Shown: piece after piece, positions 25,134-32,000 of the stretch
Layout: every line of letters starts with the position of its first letter
Numbering within the stretch: position 1 is the first letter of the stretch
Assembly (NCBI GenBank): GCA_942493095.1
Contig: OW818675.1
Span: forward strand, 1,620,001 to 1,652,000
Direction: 5' to 3'
Length of the DNA stretch: 32,000 bases
Origin: Candidatus Electronema halotolerans
GTDB taxonomy: Bacteria > Desulfobacterota > Desulfobulbia > Desulfobulbales > Desulfobulbaceae
Notes under the pieces: generated by a model
Told to the model about the DNA's origin: nothing
Database searches by the model: none
Seen by the model: only the letters and a program-made list of their open reading frames with translations
Translations under genes and position numbers: made by a program

Positions 25134-25169
25134 AATTTCCATACGTTGCAAAAATAGTGAAAGAAACTC

Positions 25170-25565
25170 ATGCCGACATATCGAAACCCTGTTCCCACTG
25201 TTGACATCATAATTGAGCTGGAACAGGGCATTGTCCTGATTGAGCGCAAGAATCCGCCGCCCGGCTGGGCCTTGCCCGGCGGTTTTGTTGATTACGGCGA
25301 GAGCTTTGAGCAGGCCGCCGTGCGCGAGGCCAAAGAGGAAACCGGCTTGGATGTCACGCTGATCCGCCAGTTTCATACCTATTCCAACCCGGAACGCGAC
25401 AAACGTCTGCATACTGCTTCCACAGTTTTCATCGCCAAGGCAGAAGGCGAGCCACGCGGCTTGGATGATGCCTTGCAGGCGAAGATATTCAAGCAGGATG
25501 CCCTGCCGCCCTTGGCCTTTGATCACGCCCAGATTCTGGCCGACTATTTCAGCGGCAGGTATTGA
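25170..25565 (+). CDS. NUDIX hydrolase
   Basis: It has the Nudix box [24 protein letters not shown] (G-x5-E-x7-REUxEExGU). Confidence 0.9.
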   Translation: MPTYRNPVPTVDIIIELEQGIVLIERKNPPPGWALPGGFVDYGESFEQAAVREAKEETGLDVTLIRQFHTYSNPERDKRLHTASTVFIAKAEGEPRGLDDALQAKIFKQDALPPLAFDHAQILADYFSGRY

Positions 25566-26548
25566 TGCGCAAGAGGGCTGTTCTGCTGCTGGCTGCCGTG
25601 CTCTTGGCCATGCTGCTGCCCGGCTGCGGCAGGCAGGAAAAATCAGAGTCAAAGCCGCCGCTGCTGATCTTGGACACCGACCTTGCTTCTGATGCGGATG
25701 ATGTCGGGGCAGTGGCGGTTCTTCACCATTTAGCAGACCAAGGCCGGGTCAGGATTCTGGCCATGATGGTCTCCTCTGCCAATCCGTGGAGCGCGGCCTG
25801 CCTGCAATCCCTTAATGCGTGGTTTGGGCGGCCAGAGATTCCTGTCGGCAAAGCGGCTGCCGGAGCGGTGGAGGATGAATCAGCCTACACCCATGCCATT
25901 GCCGAGGAATTTCCCTGTCCAGCGGCAGAACCGCAGGAGGCGGTCACACTCTACCGGCGGCTGCTGGCGGAACAGGCCGACCAGAGCGTGCTGCTTGTCA
26001 CAACTGGCTATCTGACCAATTTGGACAGGCTGCTCCGCTCCAAGCCGGATGCGCTCTCGCCATTAACCGGCCTTGAGCTGGTGCGCCGGAAAGTGCGGCA
26101 CTTAGTCTGCATGGGCGGCCAGTATCCATCAGGCCAAGAGTGGAATTTTCACCAAGATGCGGCAGCAGCAGCCTATGTGGTCAGCCATTGGCCCCGGCCC
26201 ATATTCTTTGTCGGTTTTGAACTTGGCAAAGATATTCTGACCGGCGCGGGCCTGCGCAGGCTGCCTGCAAAGAATCCAATCCGCCGCAGCTACGAGCTGC
26301 ACAACAAGCTGGCAGGCCGTCCGAGCTGGGATCAGATCGCCGTCTATTATGCGGTCATGGCATCGAATGACGGACAGTCTGCTTTCTGGTCAACAATCTC
26401 TGGCAGAAATCTGGTTCAAGCAGACGGCAGCAACCGCTGGCTGGCTGAGACTGAACAGAATGCTGCTCATGCCTATCTTGTGCAGCGCGCTGAGTCCGGG
26501 CAGATTGCCAGCCAATTGGAACAGCTCATGCTGACTGCCGCACCATAG
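25565..26548 (+). CDS. Lipoprotein with an inosine-uridine nucleoside-hydrolase-like fold
   Basis: The signal and lipobox are [38 protein letters not shown] resembles the DxDxxxDD Ca-binding motif of IU nucleoside hydrolases. Its ATG overlaps the NUDIX stop (TGATG). Confidence 0.6.
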   Translation: MRKRAVLLLAAVLLAMLLPGCGRQEKSESKPPLLILDTDLASDADDVGAVAVLHHLADQGRVRILAMMVSSANPWSAACLQSLNAWFGRPEIPVGKAAAGAVEDESAYTHAIAEEFPCPAAEPQEAVTLYRRLLAEQADQSVLLVTTGYLTNLDRLLRSKPDALSPLTGLELVRRKVRHLVCMGGQYPSGQEWNFHQDAAAAAYVVSHWPRPIFFVGFELGKDILTGAGLRRLPAKNPIRRSYELHNKLAGRPSWDQIAVYYAVMASNDGQSAFWSTISGRNLVQADGSNRWLAETEQNAAHAYLVQRAESGQIASQLEQLMLTAAP

Positions 26549-26557
26549 AGTTTTATT

Positions 26558-28630
26558 TTGCCATTCCCATCTTTTCTGCACAGGCTGCTGCCGTCCGCCT
26601 GCATCTTCCTTTGCTTCCTCTTCTATTTTGTCTTCAGCACTGGCTGGCTGGAACCGGCCAAGCTGGTGCTGCGCGGCCAAGCTCTGACTGCCGACCATTC
26701 TCCGCAGCTCACGGTGCGCTGGGACAGCGGTCACGGCTTCAACAACTATGAACAGCGGCTTTTTCAGCCCGACATTGTGCCACAGAACGGACAGGTCAAA
26801 ATCCGTTTCGGCGCAGCAGGCCGCTGTTATCCGGCCTCTCAGAGCAAACAAGTGGTCTGCGCGGCAGTGCGGGTTGATAGCAAAAAAATAGATTTCCACG
26901 ATCTTGCCAAACAGTTTCTGAAAGCTGACAGCGAGCTGCATTTTGGCAAGCATGGCGTTCTTGCCCTCACTGTGCAGTCGCAGTCGCATATTGCCTTCAA
27001 ATTCCGCACCGACACCAGCTCCGGTGTTGCCTTTGTCGAGGTGAACGGAAAACGAACAGAATACGATCTCTACATGGCCAATGTTGAGGCCACATTCAAG
27101 CAGCTTGATTTCTGGCTGCTCCAGCCGGACGGCTCCTTCCAAGTGGAGACAGACCTGCCGCGCTATCCCATCCGCAAGCTGGAGATTGTCAACAGCGGAA
27201 CGGGCGGGCAGCTCCGCCTGACTGCCGCCGAACTGCATGGCAAAGGCAAGGTTGTTGATCTGCTGCACGGCCAGCCAGCAGCGTTGGGCAGGTTCAGCAT
27301 TGACCAGCCCTTGCAGGGGATGCGCTCCTTTTTTCAGCCGCTGCAATTTGTCCAGCAGATTATTTTTGCCCTGCTTTCAACATGGCTGCTCATTGCTCTG
27401 ACACACCGCTGCAAAGCGGCTGGCAGTCTGCGCAGTCTGTTCTGTGCTGAGAAACGGCACTGGTTCTGGCTGATGCTGACAGGTAGCCTGACCATCTTCA
27501 GCCTCTGGCTGGCCGCCTTCTGGCCTGGCGTGCTGTCTGTTGATTCGATGAAAATCTGGCGGGCCGCCGTCCTGCCGGATGTCTATCTGAACGATCATCC
27601 GCTGCTCAATGTTTTTCTCTATAAGTATCTCTATCATCTCTGGCACGATCCTGCTGTCGTGCCTGTCGTCCATGTCCTGCTGACCAGCCTGCTGGCAGCT
27701 TGGTTCGGCTTCTGGCTGCACAGGCAGGGCGCAGCACTGCCAATGGTGCTGCTCTGGCTGCTGTTCCTGCTCTGCTCAGTGCCGGTTGGGGTGTATAATG
27801 TCATGCTCTGGAAGGATGTTCCTTTTGCCCTGCTGACCGTGTTCTGGGCCTGCATCTTAGTCAAGCTGCGGCAGGAGAAGCAGCAGCGGCTGCGCTGGAC
27901 TGGCCAGCGAATCTGCGCCCTCCTGCTTGCAGGCATTTCTTTGGGACTTATCCGCCATAACGGACTGGTCTATCTGGCAGTGCTGCCTGCGCTGCTCCTG
28001 CTGCTCAGGCTGGTGCTGCTGAAAAAGGCCTTGCTTGGCCTGATTGTCCTGCTGACAGTCGCAGGGCTTGGCTTTGCTGTCTTGCAGCAGGCGGGAAAAA
28101 CAAAATTCCTGGATGAAAAATTGCACCAATACACAAAACCTCTTTCGCTGCAAGGGCTTGCCCAAGATGCTGTCCGCACGGCGCAGGACTATATGACCGT
28201 GCTCAACATCAATCAGCCGTATCAAAAATGGGATAAATTTCACCATTATTTTCAAGACCGGCAGGCGTGGTGGTTTCTCCGCCTTTCCGGCTGGCAGGAT
28301 GTGTATCCGTATCAAAAAACAGAGCCGCCGTTTCCAGCACTGAACAGCGCTGCTCTGCATGTTTATGAGAAAAGCTATGACCAGCCTTGGGTCTGGCTGA
28401 CATGGAATCCAGTCTGGCTGCTGGCCCTGCTGCCGCTGCTGACCCTGCTTTGCCGCTGGCTGCCCAACACGGCAGTGCTGGGAGCCGTGCTGCTGGCAGG
28501 CGCGCTGCCCTTGGTCTATCTGCGCATTTTCAACTGGCGTTATTATTATTTTCTCTATTTCGGCCTGCTTTTTCTGCCCGCCTTCATCCTGCTTGACTGC
28601 ACCTGCCGTGAATTCAAACGGCAAAGGTGA
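26558..28630 (+). CDS. Large polytopic membrane protein (N-terminal domain of about 250 aa plus about 10-12 TM helices), unknown family; possibly GT-C-like
   Basis: 690-aa ORF with a TTG start. After an N-terminal TM helix comes a beta-rich soluble region, then many long hydrophobic helices rich in W/L. There is no diagnostic motif that I can name. Confidence 0.55.
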   Translation: MPFPSFLHRLLPSACIFLCFLFYFVFSTGWLEPAKLVLRGQALTADHSPQLTVRWDSGHGFNNYEQRLFQPDIVPQNGQVKIRFGAAGRCYPASQSKQVVCAAVRVDSKKIDFHDLAKQFLKADSELHFGKHGVLALTVQSQSHIAFKFRTDTSSGVAFVEVNGKRTEYDLYMANVEATFKQLDFWLLQPDGSFQVETDLPRYPIRKLEIVNSGTGGQLRLTAAELHGKGKVVDLLHGQPAALGRFSIDQPLQGMRSFFQPLQFVQQIIFALLSTWLLIALTHRCKAAGSLRSLFCAEKRHWFWLMLTGSLTIFSLWLAAFWPGVLSVDSMKIWRAAVLPDVYLNDHPLLNVFLYKYLYHLWHDPAVVPVVHVLLTSLLAAWFGFWLHRQGAALPMVLLWLLFLLCSVPVGVYNVMLWKDVPFALLTVFWACILVKLRQEKQQRLRWTGQRICALLLAGISLGLIRHNGLVYLAVLPALLLLLRLVLLKKALLGLIVLLTVAGLGFAVLQQAGKTKFLDEKLHQYTKPLSLQGLAQDAVRTAQDYMTVLNINQPYQKWDKFHHYFQDRQAWWFLRLSGWQDVYPYQKTEPPFPALNSAALHVYEKSYDQPWVWLTWNPVWLLALLPLLTLLCRWLPNTAVLGAVLLAGALPLVYLRIFNWRYYYFLYFGLLFLPAFILLDCTCREFKRQR

Positions 28631-28751
28631 CTTTGCTGATTTTTCTGCCGCACTGCCGCATTTCTTTCTTTGGCGCAGACAGGAAAAGGTGGTATCCTTG
28701 CCCCATCCCTTGCTTTACAGCAATCTGACGTAACTTCAACAGGACTGTGTC

Positions 28752-31625
28752 ATGAACCTGCGACAGACATCTTTGATTTTCTCGGCCTTGATTTTTTTCC
28801 TGTCAGCTCTGCTGCTGCCCGGCAGCTTGACCAGCGTTGCCGCCAAAGAGAGTGGGCCGCAACGCGAAGAAGCCTGCCTCTCCAAGGGCTGGCCGCATGA
28901 GCAGAGCGATCTCCAGCCAGACCCGGCCCTGACCTTTGGCACCTTGGACAACGGCCTGCGCTATGTGATCATGATCAATCATGAGCCAAAAGGCCGGGTG
29001 GCCCTGCATCTTGATGTCCAGACCGGCTCGCTGCATGAAACGGATGAGCAGCGCGGCATCGCCCATTATCTGGAGCACATGATGTTCAACGGCACAAGCC
29101 ATTATCCGCCCGACAAGCTGATCGAGTATTTTCAATCCATTGGCATGGCTTTTGGCCCGGACACCAATGCCCACACCAGCTATGATGAGACAGTCTATAA
29201 CCTGCTGCTGCCAAGCGGTGAGGAGAAAACACTCGACGAGGGGCTGCAAGTGCTGGCTGATTATGCTGGAGGCGCGCTTCTGCTGCCCAAAGAAGTGGAT
29301 AAGGAGCGGGGCGTGATTCTGGCTGAGAAACGGGAGCGGAATTCGGCAATGCGGCGGGTTTTTGTCAAGGACATTGAACAGGCCTTTGCTGGCACGCTCC
29401 TTGCACGGCGGGATGTGATCGGCACAGACGAGGTGCTCAACAAGGCGGATGCGGCCCTGCTCCGGCAGTATTATGAACGTTGGTACCGTCCTGACAACAT
29501 GATCGTGGTCGCAGTCGGCGACACAGACAGCAAGCTGCTGGCCGGGCTGATCAAAAAACAGTTCAGTCAGCTCAAGGCCAAGAGCAAGGCGCAGCCTGAC
29601 TGCCTGCCGTTCGGCAACGTGGCGGAAAACGGCACAGAAGCCTTTTACCAGTCTGAACAGGACCTTGGCTCTACTGAAGTCAGCATCGGCTCGGTTTGGA
29701 ACACAGAGCCGGAGAGCTTCACCAAGGCTGTGGCTCTGCGCCAGCTCAGGGAAATTCTGGCAGCAAAAATGATGAACAATCGTCTTGAATCTTTAGTCAA
29801 CCGCAAGGACAGTCCGCTGACCAAGGCTTATTTTTACTCGGAGATCAAGTTCGGCAAGGCAGGATATGCCAGCTTGCAGGCCAAAACGGCGGCGGACAAA
29901 TGGCAGGAGAGCTTGGATTTGCTCAACACTGGGCTGCGTCAAGTCATGCGGGATGGTTTCACGGCTGAGGAGCTGGATCGGGCCAAGAAGGAACTCATGA
30001 CTCAGCTGAACACGCAGGTGCAGGCCGCTGGCAGCAGAACCAGCACCGAGCTGGCTGACAGCATCATCGACAGTCTGAATGATGCGGAAGTGCCGCTCTC
30101 GCCGCAGCAGGAGCTGGACTTGTACGGCCCGGCAGTGGAGAAGACGGCCTTGACTGAGATCAACGAAACCTTCCGCAGCCTCTGGCATGAGCGGCGGCTG
30201 GTCAAAGTGGCAGGCACGGCTGATCTGACCGGCAAGGAGCAGAAGCCGGAGGAAATCGTCCTGGCTGCGCAGCAGGCTGCTGAAGCTGCGGAACTCAAGC
30301 CGTGGCAGCCGCCTGCGCAAGGCACTTTTCCCTATCTGCCGGAGCCGGAGACAGCAGCGACTGTAACGAAGCACATTGCCTATGACAAGATCAAGGCAGA
30401 CCGGTACGTGTTCAGCAACGGCCTGATCCTGAATCTGAAGAAGACCGACTTTGAACCCAATGAGCTGCGGGCAGCCGTGGTCTTTGGCAAAGGCGAGCTG
30501 ACTGAACCAAAACCCGGCCTTTCCCTGCTTGCTCCGATGCTGGTCGAGGAAAGCGGGGTCGGCGGCTTGGAGAAGGAGCAGCTCAAGGCTGCTTTGGCCG
30601 CGTATTCCAGCTCAGTCTATTTTGATGTTGATGAGGACAGTTTCCAGTTCCAAGGCAAAGGATTGAAGGAGGAGACCGAACTGCTCTTTCAGCTCCTCAG
30701 CACCCGCCTGCACGACCCAGCCTTTCGGGCTGATGCCTTGAAGCGGACGCGGCAGAAAATTGAACAGCTCTACGCGCAGATGGGGGCTGCTGTGGAAGGG
30801 GTGATGCAGCTCAAAGGCGCACGTTTTCTGGCAGGCGGCAATTCCCGTTATGGCCTGCCGCCACTGAAGGAGTTGCAGAAGCTGACTTTGGCTGATGTGG
30901 AGAACTGGCTGGCTCCGCTTTTCCGCAACGAGCCGCTGGAAATCTCTGTGGTCGGCGATTTTGACCCGGAGCAGGTGATCAAGCTGGCAGGCAAATACTT
31001 TGGCGAGCCGCGCACAGGCGGTCAGCAGGCTGAGGGAGAGAAAATCCTCTTTCCTTCCAGCCAGAAGCTCACGCTCAAGGTGACGACCGCCAGTGACAAG
31101 GCCATGCTGGCCGTGGCCTGGCCCACAGATGATTTCTGGGACATCTCCCGCACCCGCCGCCTCAGCGTGCTGGCCGCAGTGCTTGATGACCGCCTGCGCA
31201 AGCAGATTCGCGAGGACATGGGCGCGGCCTATTCGCCCTATGTCTATAACCAGTCCAGCACGGTTGATCCCGGTTATGGTGTGCTGCGCAGCATGATGCT
31301 GGTTGAGCCGGACAAGGCCGCTCTGCTGACCGCGAAGCTGAAGCAGGTCGGGGCGCAGCTCGCAAAAGGAACAATTACCGCTGAGGAGCTGGAGCGTGCC
31401 CTGGAGCCGACCCTGACCTCCATCAAGGACATGGTGCGCACCAACCGCTACTGGCTCGAATCTGTGCTGATCAATTCAGCCCGGCAGCCGCAGCGGCTCG
31501 ACTGGCCGACCACAATTCAGAGCGACTTTGCCGCCATCAAGACAAAGGAAATTGCTACCTTGGCCAAACGCTATCTACAGCCGGAAAAAGCGGCGGAGAT
31601 CATCATCCTGCCGAAGAAAAACTAA
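28752..31625 (+). CDS. Secreted M16-family (pitrilysin/insulinase-like) zinc peptidase, duplicated M16 architecture
   Basis: It has a signal peptide (ALIFFLSALLLPGSLTSVAA), the inverted zinc motif HYLEHMMFNG (HxxEH), and downstream Glu residues. At 957 aa it equals two active/inactive M16 pairs. Confidence 0.88.
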   Translation: MNLRQTSLIFSALIFFLSALLLPGSLTSVAAKESGPQREEACLSKGWPHEQSDLQPDPALTFGTLDNGLRYVIMINHEPKGRVALHLDVQTGSLHETDEQRGIAHYLEHMMFNGTSHYPPDKLIEYFQSIGMAFGPDTNAHTSYDETVYNLLLPSGEEKTLDEGLQVLADYAGGALLLPKEVDKERGVILAEKRERNSAMRRVFVKDIEQAFAGTLLARRDVIGTDEVLNKADAALLRQYYERWYRPDNMIVVAVGDTDSKLLAGLIKKQFSQLKAKSKAQPDCLPFGNVAENGTEAFYQSEQDLGSTEVSIGSVWNTEPESFTKAVALRQLREILAAKMMNNRLESLVNRKDSPLTKAYFYSEIKFGKAGYASLQAKTAADKWQESLDLLNTGLRQVMRDGFTAEELDRAKKELMTQLNTQVQAAGSRTSTELADSIIDSLNDAEVPLSPQQELDLYGPAVEKTALTEINETFRSLWHERRLVKVAGTADLTGKEQKPEEIVLAAQQAAEAAELKPWQPPAQGTFPYLPEPETAATVTKHIAYDKIKADRYVFSNGLILNLKKTDFEPNELRAAVVFGKGELTEPKPGLSLLAPMLVEESGVGGLEKEQLKAALAAYSSSVYFDVDEDSFQFQGKGLKEETELLFQLLSTRLHDPAFRADALKRTRQKIEQLYAQMGAAVEGVMQLKGARFLAGGNSRYGLPPLKELQKLTLADVENWLAPLFRNEPLEISVVGDFDPEQVIKLAGKYFGEPRTGGQQAEGEKILFPSSQKLTLKVTTASDKAMLAVAWPTDDFWDISRTRRLSVLAAVLDDRLRKQIREDMGAAYSPYVYNQSSTVDPGYGVLRSMMLVEPDKAALLTAKLKQVGAQLAKGTITAEELERALEPTLTSIKDMVRTNRYWLESVLINSARQPQRLDWPTTIQSDFAAIKTKEIATLAKRYLQPEKAAEIIILPKKN

Positions 31626-31649
31626 CGGTTTTCGCAAGCTGCAAGAGAA

Positions 31650-31680
31650 ATGCGCGGTCGGACAAACCGTTGCCGCGCAT
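31650..31680. terminator. Hairpin between convergent genes (possible bidirectional terminator)
   Basis: atgcgcgg (31650..31657) pairs with ccgcgcat (31673..31680), with an inner cgg/ccg pairing. The flanking T-runs are weak. Confidence 0.35.
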
Positions 31681-31784
31681 CCTTGTTCCAGTGGTTCCGC
31701 TTCATTGATTCAAGGCGGTTGAGCGAAGCCGAAGGATGCGTTTGCAAATTATGCTTCAGCTATCTTAGCGCATTGAAAAGAGTT

Positions 31785-32000
31785 CTATCCTTTTGCAGGC
31801 ATCCTGCTGATCAGCTTGCGGCAGCCAGAGGAAAAAGCGTAACTGTCCAGCTCCTCGCGGCTCACCCAGCAAAACTGATCAGCGGCGTGGAGCACTGGCT
31901 GTGGCTGCTGCCCAGCGGCCAGTTGGCAGGCAAAGGCATGGAGCTTGACCCGGTATTTGGTATAGCTGTGACTGACGCTGGCAAAGGGGCGCAGCTCCGC
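31785..32000 (-). CDS. C-terminal 71 aa of a MutY/NUDIX-like protein (the gene enters from the right edge)
   Basis: Hand translation gives AELRPFASVSHSYTKYRVKLHAFACQL...QFCWVSREELDSYAFSSGCRKLISRMPAKG*. The H.YT...v.LH.F ... W......L pattern resembles the NUDIX-like C-terminal domain of MutY/MutT-type proteins. The assignment is tentative. Confidence 0.45.
   Translation of the reverse strand, partial: AELRPFASVSHSYTKYRVKLHAFACQLAAGQQPQPVLHAADQFCWVSREELDSYAFSSGCRKLISRMPAKG

Noticed and set aside
24044-25157. 9-nt direct repeat CAAAAATAG flanking the AT-rich DUF4236-like gene, as a possible target-site duplication or att site
   Set aside because: It is short and A-rich and lies within AT-rich DNA, where chance matches are expected. 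The left copy overlaps the gene's own Shine-Dalgarno region rather than lying outside the insert. I kept it only as a note inside the related finding.

Overview
GC-rich (about 60% by eye) chromosomal segment from a rod-shaped Gram-negative bacterium; I cannot assign a taxon from the sequence alone. The left part carries the cell-shape operon mreB-mreC-mreD-mrdA-rodA on the minus strand (1..5073), followed by a hicB-hicA toxin-antitoxin pair (5650..6070). The right part (12.4..32 kb) is mostly housekeeping: full-length valS, an aspartate aminotransferase, a REC-GAF histidine kinase, a DinG-like Fe-S helicase, a polyprenyl synthase, an EamA transporter, a secreted protein, HAD/NUDIX/nucleoside-hydrolase-like genes, a large polytopic membrane protein, a double-M16 peptidase and a partial MutY/NUDIX-like gene. 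A single AT-rich orphan gene (DUF4236-like, 24063..25133) interrupts this stretch. The part most worth a second look is a roughly 6.3-kb accessory island at 6113..12395. It is bracketed by two diverged, gapless 1167-bp direct copies of the valS 3' end: 6113..7279 is a 5'-truncated but open copy, and 12396..13562 is the end of the intact gene. On the minus strand, starting 24 nt after the valS stop, the island encodes a tightly packed cassette. It consists of a 117-aa helical protein, an effector-less NB-ARC (STAND/NLR-type) NTPase, and two separately encoded paralogous TPR sensor proteins. The first TPR gene is cleanly split by an intact 1486-bp single-ORF IS66-family element with an 8-bp target duplication. 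The small protein and the NB-ARC protein share an N-terminal Asn/Thr/Ile/Val-rich motif of about 35 aa. I read this as a candidate homotypic (amyloid-like or EAD-like) signalling pair in a split NLR-type conflict system, but this is inference from sequence only; no database search was possible. Many long antisense ORFs in the supplied track are GC-driven shadows and were rejected.
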